From positions 22,198,001 through 22,262,000 of the forward strand of contig NC_087245.1 in NCBI RefSeq assembly GCF_037042905.1: DNA of 64,000 nucleotides, given 5' to 3'. The position numbers and the translations under genes were made by a program. The notes beneath the pieces are model-generated. The model made no database searches. It was not told the DNA's origin and saw only the letters and a program-made list of their open reading frames with translations. This DNA comes from Lytechinus pictus. Lineage: Eukaryota. This document shows, piece after piece, positions 34,889 through 48,512 of the stretch (position 1 is its first letter; the number at the start of each line of letters is the position of its first letter).

Positions 34889-34973
34889 GGTGGAAGTTGG
34901 TTGTGAGAGTGTGAGGTCAAAGGTCGAATGTCAAGGTGATGAATATGATTGTGGTTGAAGGCACTGCGGTGTC
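34745..34973 (-). CDS. Villin-like first coding exon (5'UTR 34973-34889; CDS 34888-34745, MPNVDAAF...GDSYICLK)
   Basis: Poly-T acceptor ttttctag, Kozak-like CCACCATG, donor AAG/GTTTGT; 144 nt of CDS. Confidence 0.93.
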
Positions 34974-36422
34974 CTAGAAAAAAAAAATTGAAATAAAGTA
35001 AACAAAGGTGTATGATTAAAAGCTATGATCCAAACATGAATTGAATTGATTAATTTTGAGGGAAACAATGTTATACAAAAATTTACGCATAAATGTATTT
35101 CAAGTAAAAATTAGTTAGGCCCTGCACGTACATGTATTTCAGAAAGAAATAACATCACTTTGGAATCATGTATTACAAGCCTGCCTATGAATGTACAGTA
35201 CATGTATGTAGACCTTGCCATAATTTCAGCTGTACACAACAAAATAAGCATTCATAGGAAGGATCAACTGAAATGTTGAAAGTAAAAAAAAAAATGCCTT
35301 TTGAAGAACGAGATGAGGGTTTATTTAGCTAGTGTATAATCAAGTAAATCAACAACACCAGAAAATGTTCAGACAAAATGGAAGTACATTAACATGTACA
35401 TGTAGACCTACTATCTGAAAAAGTAACAGATACTCAAGGTTCTCATGTAGGCCTACTATGCCTGACTAGGCGGGGCAGGTGCGTGGAATCGGCCTGGATC
35501 ACAAATGCCTATCAGAAGATTTCTCATAGTATGATGGTAACTTATATCAAAATGAACATATATGCAAGAAACAGCTGCTGAGTCCAAAAGGTTGGGCAAT
35601 GCCTGCCTGCCAGACCTAGCAGTTTACAATTCTGATTACAAGAGTAGCTGAAACAGTAATTTTTAATCCTAAACAAAGTCACAAAGTGCCTTTTAATAGC
35701 ATTATCCTATTCTCAACACACCTGGTACCAAGCATGCCCCTGGATGACCTTTGACCTTAATGATCAGGACTGGGATGGAGAGTGTTCACTCCTTCAACTA
35801 TTAAGGTAGAACAGTAGTGAAGATGAGTAGGAGTAACCCACAAATCCAACCTTGATCTACTGAAAATCCTACTAAGCTGGCAAGGAATTTGTGGGGGAAA
35901 CATGTGCCATCTGAGTCACTGAACTCTTGAGGTGAAGTGCAGCATCCTACAAAACTGGTTTGTACATGAACAGCACAACTCAACATGACAATGTATGAAT
36001 GGACATACCTGTACACACGTATAGTAAAATATCCAGGGGCCCACATAACACAAAGCTTAATAGCAATCAATCGTAGAAGAATACCTTTACAATTAATTGA
36101 CAGCAATGTACAATCAATCATAAAAATCAAGCGTACCATCATGCTATATGTGATACAGGACCCTAGGCCTTCCCATGGGTTCAGTCCAGATACATCTTTG
36201 GAAAAATACATTCACATGTACTTACATTGACCAGCCAAAAAACTTTAATACATGGGGACAAATGGTGATTTGCTGGGTTTTGTCCTAAACCTAAAAATAT
36301 CCAAAGTAGCTCTGCATAGTTGCCATCCACACAATACTAAATACATGTACATGTAGGTTTGAGAAAAAATACAAATGTCCATCTAAAAACTTCAGATTAA
36401 AAAGTCAGGGTCCCAACTACCC

Positions 36423-36453
<31 letters not shown>

Positions 36454-37320
36454 AATGAACGAAAAAAATGAATGCATGGACGAATGAATTAATTAATAAA
36501 CAAATAAATAGAATAAATAATAAACAATGTTTTTATCTCTCTTTTCCACTTTTCAAGCAGAAAAAAGGGAGGAAATTTTGAGATATGATCTTAATAATTC
36601 ATAGCTTTCTGAATACATGCATTCATAACATTTGAATGATGGTGTTTGCAGGGCCCTTCAAAAATAACATTTAAAGAGAGGTTGTAGAATAATCTGATTA
36701 CAAGGAGATATCGAATTTCATATGGAATCATCAAATGAAGCGTGATGCTATAGCCACTGCTCTTTTGTGAGTTGCAAATGTTAGAATCACAGTTTAACAT
36801 GATTCGCATTATTGAGCGTTTACTATGGTAGAAAGGGTTTTGGGAATGCTGGTGACGAATGACCCAAGACCCACGCGTGTCTACAACCTTCAAGAATGTG
36901 TTTTTGAGAGGAGACATGAACTTCATGAAGCAGTTGCAGCATAGTTGACTACAGAGTTTGCTGCAGAGGAGGCAGAATTCTTGCTGCATTCCAGACTGAA
37001 CATTCATGAGTTGTGAATGACTATTATAAGGTAGACAGACCTATGTGATCAGTTTTCACACAGGCACAATAATCCTGTTTTTAGGGTGTTATTTATAGTC
37101 ATACCAAGGAGGTATACATCAAGACATGATAATATGTGAATATATGAACATTCAGACATAATGTAAGAACATTCAGGTGCAATTTCTCAGCCAATGACAG
37201 TATAATACCTTAAAACTTTAATTAGGCTAGAATAGTGATCATGTATTAAGCATCCATAAACAACAAAAACAGTTTTTATCAAACACATTTAGAACATTAC
37301 CAAAAAAAGCAACAATAATC

Positions 37321-38286
37321 AAACAAGTTGAATGCCTCTGGCGGTCTCACCTGCATCACGCGATTCAATATAGCAGCAGTGCTGACTTTGAAAACTACTA
37401 TAAAATAATTATTCACAAAAAATACCATTCATATAATGATACAATACTACAGTACGTTCATTGACATTGGACCTTGATCATGTGACCTAAAACTTGTCAG
37501 TGATACTTGATTACCCCTGTATCCACATTTTATACACTATATCTATAAACTTTGAAAGTTTTGACAGCAATCTAACAATTACCTCTAAAATGGCCAAAGC
37601 TCAGTGACCTTAAATGACCTTTGACTTTGGTCATGTACTTGATGACTCTTATGTCCAAGTTCCATGAACTAGACCAATATACTTACAGAGTTATGATGGT
37701 AATTCAACAAATACCCCCAACATGGACCTTGGTCATGTGACCTGAAACTTGCACAAGATGTTCAGTGATACTTGGTTACTCTTATGTCCACGTTTTATGA
37801 ACTAGACCAATACACTTACAGAGATATGATGATAATTCAACAGATACCCCCAACATGGCCAAAGTTCATTGACCCTAAATGACCTTTGACCTTGGTCATG
37901 TGACGTGAATCTCAAGCAGGATTTTCAGTAATACTTGATTAACCTTATGTCCAAGTTTCATGAACTAGGTCCATATATTTTCTAAGTTATGATGACATTT
38001 CAAAAACCTAACCTTATGTTAAGATTTTGATGTTGATTCCCCCAACATGGTCTAAGTTCATTGACCCTACATGACCTTTGACCTTGGTCATGTGACCTGA
38101 AACTCAGGCAGAATGTTCAGTAATACTTGATCAACCTTAAGGCCAAGTTACATGAACTAGGTCCATATACTTTCTAAGTTATGCTGTCATTTCAAAAACT
38201 TAACCTTAGGTTAAGATTTGGTGTTGACGCCGCCGTCGGAAAAGCAGTGCCTATAGTCTCACTCTGCTATGCAGGTGAGACAAAAA
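37321..38286 (+). mobile_element. Helentron-associated/DINE-1-like non-autonomous element (HINE) with central tandem repeats
   Basis: Subterminal inverted repeat GTCTCACCTGCA (37344) / TGCAGGTGAGAC (38270), 3' hairpin GTCTCAC...GTGAGAC, A-run flanks, ~180-bp internal units with TGACCTTTGACCTTGGTCATGTGAC; a 5' fragment recurs at ~50458-50565. Confidence 0.75.
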
Positions 38287-40158
38287 GCCCCAAAATTCAA
38301 AGGCCCAGAACAGCAGAATGTGGGGCCAAGTTTCTGTTGAAGATTCCTGTTTAGAACAGTAATTTTAAACACAATATACTGTTCACTATTTCTAAATTAA
38401 CTCTTCCAATGAAGCGGTTTAATGCACGAGAAGTCAAGTTTTCATTGACAAATTTGTGCAATTAATCTACATTTGAGTGATTAAAATTCAATATTACACT
38501 CCACCTAATCACAAGGTCCAAGGTTAGCCCATGACACTTGATGACAATCAAAGATAGACTACACGTGTAATTACTGCTTGGAACAAATTCAATCTATAAA
38601 AACCCTGACTGAATAATAATTCCACACTAATGACTGATCATTGCTCAATTTGCATCACACAGGCATCATGCAATTTAAAGATAAAGTTAAATAGTGATAG
38701 ATCAAGCTTAATTGGCTTGAAACCGATCAAAAATAGTTTTGTATTGTCTGACGTCCATGGACGGATCCAGGTGAGAGGTCACATCTCATTCATGTGACAA
38801 TTTTATTTTTTTTCAGTGATGAATATGTATAGTGTAATTTTTTAATTTGATCACATAGACAGAATAAGAGAATAATATGATACCATGCACATGTAATTCT
38901 AAACACTTTATATACCTCTTGTGTGAAAACACTCAATTTCACACTCCCCTTTAGGCAAATAATGCTTTACTCTTCTCATTCAAATGTGTGATTTTATAAA
39001 TTAATTTATTCTGAGACCAAAATAAGTAAAGTATGTTGTGCAAACAAAGTTAAAAACTATGCTCACACTCTTCTATTAGAATTTAAATGTATTGAGAAAA
39101 GGAGAAGTACTCATCAATTGATACATTCAGGTCTCTATAGGGATAAAAAGAAAATGACAACATATTATCAATTTCAAATGTGATTAACAATCACATTTCA
39201 ATTGATTGTAGTGTTGTATTTTACCTTAAATTAAAGCCTATCCTAAAAATTCTTTTTTTTTTTTAACTACAGGTAGGAAACAACTGATTTCTATTTCAAT
39301 CTTTTACATGTACAGTACATGTAGGTCTGCCGGTACCATCACATATCAATACATTCTATGCGTAAGATCTGATTGCAGTTTTTCAGCATAATTTACCTGC
39401 ATTTTTTATGACAGTGGCATGATAATACCAGCAGTAATGTAAAAATATCAACAACAACAAAACAACTATAAAATATGACTTAAATTCTGTAAAGAGAGAT
39501 ATTGAATTGTGAAAAAATGTCCTACAAATGATTGGAAAAGGTTGTTCAATAATATGCTTTTGCACATGAGAAAGCTTTATTAGCCATAACAGATAACTTT
39601 TGAAATTTATGATCATATGTTATTTAAACTTGTTGTGAATTGTGTTAGGTCACATGACCAGCAAACAAATATGAATGTTGTATGGGACTAGTACATAAAT
39701 TGTTAGTCCCACTGATTTTACCTTTTTTTATAACATCATCATGAGGGCAAATGGTGACACAGACAGCCGAGCTTCGGACAGCTCACAGCAGCGTTTCGGA
39801 GACCGCTGATTGGTTCAGCGCAAAGATCACGTCATGATCACGTGGTGACAAAAATAATTTGGCCGAAAGGTATGCGTAAGTATCGATAGCGATTACGATA
39901 TCCAGCCATATTTTCTACACTTGAAATGGTCTTGGCTCGTGATTGGATCGCATTTTAATAGTGTCGATCGAAACTTATCGAGATTCTGCAATTTCGTGCA
40001 TATTCATTCAGTGCTCCGAAACCCTGCACTCCATTGACTTTGTACACGTTGCAATAGATTACCGGTATGTAAATCCCGACGAATAGATTACGATGGGACT
40101 ATGGTGCTATTCTGAATGATTTTGACGGAAAAGCGAGTAGTAATCAAAATACGCTTAC

Positions 40159-40430
40159 CTGTGCTGTATCGGTAGGAAATAGATTGTTCGAAAGTGTTTC
40201 TATTTCAAATAAAATATGCTAAAGTGAAATTCTATAGTGGATTTTGGTATGAGGTGATAGAGAATTGCACACTTATTTTGATGCCATGTTGTGTTGGGCA
40301 CTGGGAGGCTTGAAATGTACAATGTACATGTATGCTTACTATATTTTCATTCATAAATTGGCTTGCGATCGTGGCTGGATGACGTCATGTAATAAGCAAA
40401 GTGTATGCCGAACGCTGCGGCGAACCTTAT
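40159..40430 (-). promoter_or_regulatory. Candidate proximal promoter and non-coding first exon of the villin-like gene
   Basis: Strong donor CAG/GTAAGC (GT at 40158-40157), local CpG enrichment, perfect CRE TGACGTCA at 40380-40387; TSS not determinable. Confidence 0.55.
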
Positions 40431-43384
40431 GTTATTCGTGTATGCTACTGTATATCTTGTTGTGCACTATACAGTACAAGATATACATGTAATCTGCCTC
40501 AATGCACTAATCTTTGTACAGTATCATTCACCTTTACTAATTTCAATGAGCGAAGGCCAAAAGTCATCATTCATAAAGTCATGAAGTCTTTTAACAGGGC
40601 ATGAGAAAATAGACATGTATTCAATTGATCAAATCATTTGTAAATTAGGAAAGAAATAACACACTATGGAGATTTAGGCCATGTAGGTTGAAAATTCGCT
40701 CTTGTTTTTGGTGTAAATATATGTGTTCATACTGTGTTCTTTAATGAATCATATTTTCAAATTATTATTATAAAAAAATTTTAGTTCATTTTCTTTCAAT
40801 ATTGGCCAGTCATTATACCAAAAACACAGTAGGCCTACATTATTATCAAGCAAATTAAAGGGAAGCTTTGAGATGCGTCACATAGTTTAGCTAGTTTGTG
40901 ACCCACATCTCCTCCCCCTTCTAAGTTAATGAATTTCAGTTTCCATTTGTTCAATTTCATTTCACTGCTTCCTAATTTGGTACATTTCCATATTAACAAA
41001 TGAGCGAACTTCCCCTTCTAGAGGAATACTCAATTGCGTTTTCTTTCATTTTATCAACATTCAAGAGAAATGTTCACTAAGAGTAAAATACACTGAACAG
41101 TACACGTTGTACATGTTTGTACATTCACCTGATAACTTCTGTTTAGATATGAAAGCAGAACAGAAAGTAATTTTTTAATTAATTATAAATAAGATGACAA
41201 AAGACATACACTGTATTGTGCACTGAAGGAGCATATGAATAGTCAAAGAGTCACGGAGGCTGCAGCTACATGTACATGCATACATGTATAAAGGCTGTTG
41301 CTCGGATGTCAGCAATAAATGCATGGCTGATGCGTAAGACTACGAGCCATGACTGTGAAGCACCCACCACCAATACACTCCGTTCTTTCATTACTTGTTG
41401 TTTTCTTTTTTATCAACAGATGTCTAGTGGCAGTTTTTCGTAACACCGAGGGGGGAACTCTCTCCCCAGAGGTAGGGGAGACCAGGGGCTGACCAAAAAA
41501 AAGGGTAATCACCCAAAATGTAAGGTCATCTCATCCAAAATACATGTTTTATTTCGATTTTAAATGATGTATTTCTTTCCATCATAAAAGACCAAAAATA
41601 GTAGGGGGGACATTTGATATTGTGTCCCCCCCCCCCTGGGAATTCCGCCAATGCATTTAACACAAATCCAGGACCGAATCCTGGTTTGATATAAAGGAAA
41701 CAAGAACAAAAGCAAAACGGGAGTGCATAGGCAGCGGGTACTTCACAGCAACAGTTCGTATTCTTCCACTTCAAACATACATGTATTCCATTTTGCATAA
41801 CAGCAAAGATAAAGCTGCAGCCTCAGCCTAAATTACAGTACATGTACATGTAGACTACAGCTGCAGTAGTAGCTGTCAGTATTCATCACCATCAGCATTA
41901 TCATCATCATACTGTAAATTATGTACTTTCCCAAAATACATTAAATTGTCAAGATTTCAGAAAAATTTAGAAAATTGTTTCAGAGTTCACTGACTATTCC
42001 ATATTCCAAAATATCATGCCACGAATATCATCTGACAAATACAATACCACAAATAACATACCACAAATATCGTATGACAAATATTATACCACTTGAAAAT
42101 CTTGCAGGTAGAGCCTGTACTGTCTGAATCAAAATGTTTTATAACCTGATAAAGTGCATTGGCATCAACTCTGGACTGCTGGTTGAACGGGAGTTTTACA
42201 TGTTCTTTATAGTACAGGAAAGTGGTGCTCTTCCTTGAAATAAAACTGGTTTAACAAAACAGGGCTATGAAGGCTATTGCACACTTCCTACCATAGTCGT
42301 TGCTGACTCAGAGTTTGACAACATTTTAATGAGGAGGTGTGAGGCAAAATCTCTACAGTAAAACCAACATGTACATGTAAAAAAGATAACCAGGGCTGAA
42401 AAGTCTGAGAAACATATTATAGAAAATTAATGAAAATCTATAAAAAAAACGAATTTAAAGGATTTGAAAAAAAAAATTAATAATCGGCAACAGAGTCCAG
42501 TGATTAATTGACCAGCCTTCCTTTTAGAACAGAACAGGGACTTTCCTACATTCAGATTGGAGGGGGTATAGATGTACCTTTGAAACCTGCAAGATATTTT
42601 TGTTACTTCCAAATTACTGCATTTACCGGTAATACAAAGCACCACAAAGAAATCTTCTCGAAGTAATGCTCTAAAAAAAATGTTGCCAAAGATTTGGTTA
42701 TGAAAAAAACATCAAAGTCCATCTGAAGTTTTGGATAGGGGGGGGCGGTCAATGAATAAAGTGAAATTTATTCTAGTATCATCTTATTTTCAACCATACA
42801 TATGTGTACTGGCAGTCATCATATCTTTCTTTTCAGACATTTTTATTTCTTCTTTAAACTTGAGTAAATCTGTGACTGGCTATCAACTTTGGAGGGATTA
42901 ATACCAAAACTTATAATAGGCTTGAGAAGGAACATTACATTTTTTTTTGGAGACATACACAGACTGCTCTCATAGAGACCAAAAGAAATCTGGTTGAATT
43001 TAAAATATGGAAAATCACAGAGCTACATATTGGCTGTAAAATCATTTCCTTACTTAGCCACAGTTACGTGCAGGATGGTCAAAGAAGGAAAAAGAGCTTG
43101 CAAAGTATAAAATTAAAGGCAATGTTTCAATGCCTTGACCAATCTGATTATCAACAAGGAAACTAGGAACTATACTGAAACTAGGGGTGCAATTACGCTC
43201 AGCTATTTGCAGGTGAGATGACCAATGGGTCATGATTATAAGTACATGCATAGGTATGCAAATTTTATTTCAGAGGCAGGGGGACAAGAATAAAGATTTC
43301 AACTTCATGTGCAAGCACAAAAGAGCTGCTGATCAAAAAGATGAATCTGGGTGGAAAGTGGCAAATGTAGATAAAGGATGCAAG

Positions 43385-43458
43385 TGCTGCAGTGGGATTC
43401 AAACCCTAGACCTTGTGATTCAACGTCAGGAGACTTATCCATTGAGCCACAACACCTC
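43385..43458 (-). mobile_element. Degenerate tRNA-derived SINE head
   Basis: Minus strand: GTGGCTCAATGG (A-box) and GGTTTGAATCCC (B-box); no intact cloverleaf seen. Confidence 0.55.
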
Positions 43459-45626
43459 TACATTGATTGATTAACTGATTGATTGGTACATTAAAGATAT
43501 TGTCATGAAAACAGAAAAGTCATTTAAAAAAATGATTACCAAGACACATAATAAATGTCAGATTTATATCACCAATATGATTTGTGCATTGCAGATGCAG
43601 AACATACTCTTCTTCTTTGAACAAAAAATTATACTCAAATTTTAAGAGAACCGTTGTCAGAGGGGCACATACATGTAAATGAAGTTTTTATATAGATAAA
43701 CAAAAATAATCAATTAGAAAAATGTCAAGAATCCTGTCATTTTTCCTATAGAAATTGCCCTTCAGTCAAGGCAAATTCTTCAAATTTAGGTACAGGTAGA
43801 TCGTTTTTAAATTGTATAAACACACCCAAGACTGTATTTTCTTGAACATGAATGTTTCCACAGCTGACAATTCCCAACACACAAACATGAACAATCAACT
43901 GCTTTATCTTATTCTCATATGCATGCAATGAACTGTTGTTTGATGGAGTAAATACTGGCACGCTCCAACCCAATTTGTCAAGCAATAATGAGATACCAAA
44001 CTGCTCTGTCACCACTGAGCAAATGGACGATAATTGGTCCATTAAATCACTCAGTACCCATTGCCAACGAGCTGTTAGAAGTCCAAAGATAAATATTGGG
44101 TGTGACTAAAGTCTTTAATCTTGTCTTGTCCACAGTTTAATTAGGTATGTACAGTAGTTTGTATAATTAAAGCAACAAGATAAACAAATTTCTGCAATAT
44201 TGAGAATTAGAGATGTAGGACTGAACAAATGGAAGAAATATGCACATCTTGCATGTGGACATTTGTAGATCATTGGAATAACTGTAATTTTTAGCGTAAT
44301 GTTGGAATACTGTATCATTTGATTTTTTTTTGGGGGGGGGTTGTTAAACACAGCATGGTTTTCTCTCTTTCTGCTCATTTTGTACCTGCAGTCTGCGAAC
44401 ATTTGAAGGCAGATCAAAGTTAGTGTTAAATTAAGTCAAATTATTATAAAAAACTCAGTAGAAAAGTACAAATACATACATACATACATACAAATCATTA
44501 TCTCTCTCTCTTTCTCTTCTCTTCTCTCTTCTTTATCTACATGTATACATGTATACACATTTCTTATTTTATCCCTTTTATTATATTTAGTCTTATAATC
44601 TTCTTTCCCCTTTCTCCTCTATCACTCTTTCTTGTCCATCCTTTATGATGCAAATCTGGGATATTTCTGCATATATTATAATAACACATTTTCACCAATA
44701 TACATGTATATCGGCCTCTATCTTATACATTATGTCATTATCTTTCTATGACTATTATATTAAAAAATCTTTTAATCCTGTTAGATTTACACACTTATAC
44801 ATGGACATGTCATATAAATATGTTGCACAATAGACCGCAGTAATTCCCCTACCAAAAGGGCATTTCTATAGGAATACTATTGTGAAGTGTTCAAATAAAC
44901 AAGAATTATTTGATGAATGACTTTGTCCACTCTGTATTGTCTATTTACTATCAGCTTTGGTTGGCATTTGCAATGCAAATCCTACCAAGATTCCTTATCA
45001 ATCAAATCCCTTGACAGGATTGTGATAAAATCTACATTCACTATCAAAATGTGTGATGCGATTTTAATACTATGAATATACCTACAATCCACCACACCCA
45101 TAATCTATGCATGAAGACATATATGTAAAAATTATGGCTCTCTTTTGATGTGTGCCTTTGTACTACTATGGGTGTTACACTGTGTTTTACAGTGTTAATT
45201 CATTTGGTTTATATTCACTTCTCATCAATCATGAAAATATTACTTTACACTTAAAGCCCATCTAAAGCTTTGATAGATATTTCAGTTCAATTATACTGGA
45301 GGATCATCTAAAATTCCAATCTTACACAATTGTAGTGAAAGTTGAATATTTTAGTTTATTAGTCAATTCTTTGTGAAAAAAAATGAATCTGTACCCTCTT
45401 TCTGTAATGTTTTTTGTTTTATTATTTGCTCAATATGAGAATTCACACATGTATCTCAAGTACAAGTAATTACTTGTTTCACATCGCAAATTGCTATGCA
45501 TTATACTACATGTACTTCAACCAAAAAAAAATTAAATGCAGCAAATTTTGAATAAATAAAACTGCTTTTATTGAATCTGGAAAATTTGTTTCATTTTTTT
45601 GGGGGGACTGCAAGGTCCTGTATTTC

Positions 45627-45924
45627 TAATAATAATAATAATTTATCATTTATTACTTTAATATTACACGCTTTTTGTCTGAGCATGGACCTACTACTGG
45701 TCTGAGGATACAAAGTGCTGCTAATGTTACCCCGGCTTTAGCTGTGCTGCTCAAGCATTCAAGGAATTTCTTCCTACTGGGTACCCATTCACCTCACCTG
45801 GGTTGAATGGAGCACAATGTGGGTAAATTTCTTGCTGAAGGAAAACACGCCATGGCTTGGAAATGAATCCATGTCCCTCAGATTGAAAGACAGAGAGTCA
45901 TAACCGCTAGACCACAACGCCTCC
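45627..45924 (-). mobile_element. tRNA-derived SINE (Meta-domain-like core) with (ATT)n tail
   Basis: Minus strand: A-box TGGTCTAGCGG, degenerate B-box GGATTCATTTCC, core ...CCTTCAGCAAG...ACCCAGGTGAGGTGAATGGGTACC, (ATT)n tail. Confidence 0.75.
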
Positions 45925-46561
45925 ACAGACCACAACACCCCCACATTTCTATATCATTCTCACATCTGATCGGGTTTGATTTTCAGGAATGCATCAAGGT
46001 GTTTCAGTCTCATTGTGGTTTATCAAGCAACCTTCTAATCCCACCATTGTCATCTCTGAATTCACAGTCACAAGGGACCTTTTCAGGTGAAGGAGGAAAT
46101 TACATTAAAAGGTCACTGTACAATCATTACTCATCCTATTCACAAAATGAGTGAACTTTTTGCCAAACAAGCAAAAAAAAAGTCAAGGGGTAAATCAGCC
46201 TCTGAAAACACACATGTAGATGAAATTGTTTGGTGGGCATCACAGAAAAGTTTGGATTTCAACACCACATGCTTGTGGGGGGGGGGGGCATGTTGATTTG
46301 AAGCTTTTCTGATTTCTTCAATAAGAGCTACATGTATCTGTCCTAAATAGCATTAAAATACTAGTAGGATACCCTCTAGGAAAGAGTGTCCTTTCTAGTT
46401 ATCCAATAGCTTTTAAAGTAAATATTAAAGAACACTAGAGTCTCGAAGCCCACCGGTCAAATAACAAGAAAGGCATTGTCCACTGTGAACAAAAATCTTG
46501 CTGCTTGAAGCAGAATATTTCTGACTTTAGCATAGATCATGAAGGAAGAATTATTTCTACA

Positions 46562-47644
46562 CAGTCAGACCGCAGGTCCCTATGCTAATGAGCAAAAAGG
46601 CCAGATTCATCCAAATCATCTCGTGGCTGAATCCTCCTCCTTGCAAAATCTCGTGATTCGTGAGATTTTCTTTCTCTAAGAATTTACCTGTTTTAACCTC
46701 AAGTCAAATGAAATATTATTGCACCATCAGATAGAGTAAATGTTACTCTTTCATATTGGTCATTTATTTTGTATACAATATTTTGTTAAATAAGTAAATT
46801 TCTGGCCTGAAAATGTGCCTCAAAACTGAATTTTCTTCCTCTGTTTTCTTTTGCAAATTGTGCAAAACTTTTTATTTTGAGCCTCAATGATATCTATATC
46901 ACCATAAAGCTGAACTTCTGTACTTTCTCACAATGCTACTCTTGATATGCGGCACCTTTTAATCGGGTCAAGATCACACTTTTCCCACCAAGGTACAAGA
47001 CGAGATTTCTGAAATGTTGTACTTGCATGAAATCCAGAGTTCTGATTGGCTTGATAAGGTTCACAGAACAACAGGCGCGGTGTATTTGAGGAGATTACCA
47101 CATGGGATATGTGACCTTCCCATGAACCCAGGCACTGGAACCGTTGGAATTTGCAGTGTGGGGTCTCTTTGACCAATCAGAGTGCAGTATTCTTGTTTTC
47201 AAGCTGCTGTATGTACTTGGCAAATGAAAAGTGTGATCTTGACCCGATTAAACCAATTCATATTTTGAAACCTATATCATTTTAAAGCATACATATTCAG
47301 CTTTATCATGATCTAAAAATCATTTGGGCTCAAACAAAAATAAAGTGTGAAAATAGCAGCTTTTGTCAGGTGAAAATAATTATTTTGTAGCATATTTTAG
47401 ATCAAAATTTTAACCTATATTACAAAATCTTTGAATAAATTCAAACACATGACCTGAAAGAATGATTCTTCTTCTTTACAATGATACCAAATTCATGAAA
47501 TTCGATGGACAATTAGAGCAGCAATGACCGAATGAAAAGAGGTGTTTTGGTCCGCATCAAGCTCATTAAATATGCAAAACATCTCAAGTCATGAATATCA
47601 CTTGGATGAAAGAAGCCACTTTCTTGGGACCTGCCGTCTGACTG
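46562..47644. mobile_element. Tc1/mariner-like foldback MITE
   Basis: TIR CAGTCAGAC(C/G)GCAGGTCCC; internal inverted repeat TTAATCGGGTCAAGATCACACTTTTC (~46959/~47226); TA on the right flank. Confidence 0.7.
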
Positions 47645-48112
47645 TACAGGTAAGGCCTTGATCGTTGTTGAGGAGATGCAGGAATACATGTTTATATAAT
47701 TCTAATCATGCTTATCAAATTCCCTCATTAAATCCCTTTCCATTGGATGATAGCCTACCTTTTTATTTTTACTTTTATCTACTTGGTACATGTACACATT
47801 GATTTCTAATTCATTTATTTCCTATCTGTATTGTGCTTTTATTTTTTATCACTTTTATTCTTTCATTTATCCATTTCATTATCAACATACATGTACCTGT
47901 ACTGTGTACAGCATCTTATTCAAGTCAATCTAATGTACAGGGGGGCACGTCATTTAAAATATACATGTATATATAGGCCTTGGCATATGTACTGAGTATG
48001 TCAGCTGTCAACCTGTTACACAAACTTCTTATATTCTCATGAAGTATCCTGTGAGGAAGTAAAACATATACTTCATGAAAACGAGGAAATTCCTTTTCCT
48101 GCAAAAAACTAA

Positions 48113-48512
48113 TACCCCTTTCATAAACCCAATAAAACCCAATTATGCGGCTAATAGCAGCATAATTTGGTCGTAAAATCAGAGGAGGACAAGAGTTATC
48201 CGCATTATTCTGATGCTGCTATTGTCCGCATAATAGCGGCATCGGGACAAGATTTTAAGTTCATGAACGTATTTCCAAATAATGCGGATAATTGCCATGG
48301 TGCGGTCACAAGGTCACCCTTTTCCAACACAACCGCATCGGAGGGGGCGTGTCCAGTTGTCATGACGATTATCCGCCTTTTTCGGGACGGGCACTCGTAA
48401 AAATAATGCGGATAATTTTCGGAGTTTGTGAACGCAATTTTTATTGAATTATCCGCATTACTCTTAGGCGGCTAATTGGAGGATAGGTTTTATTGGGTTT
48501 ATGAAAGGGGTA
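48113..48512 (+). mobile_element. 400-bp MITE, copy 1
   Basis: TIR TACCCCTTTCATAAACCCAATAAAACC; near-identical to 51071-51470. Confidence 0.9.

Noticed and set aside
37480..38220. Regularly spaced repeats resembling a CRISPR array
   Set aside because: The intervening sequence is also repeated (tandem units in a HINE); eukaryotic context and no cas genes
43746..44042. 98-aa minus-strand ORF; similarly 36591-37007, 48783-49259 and 54528-54725
   Set aside because: No recognisable domain or convincing splice sites; 54528-54725 lies within a small TIR element (GGGAGTTTTCACT ends). BLASTX would be needed to exclude decayed TE coding sequence
45850..45924. tRNA gene
   Set aside because: Degenerate B-box, no complete cloverleaf, and continuous with a SINE body and tail
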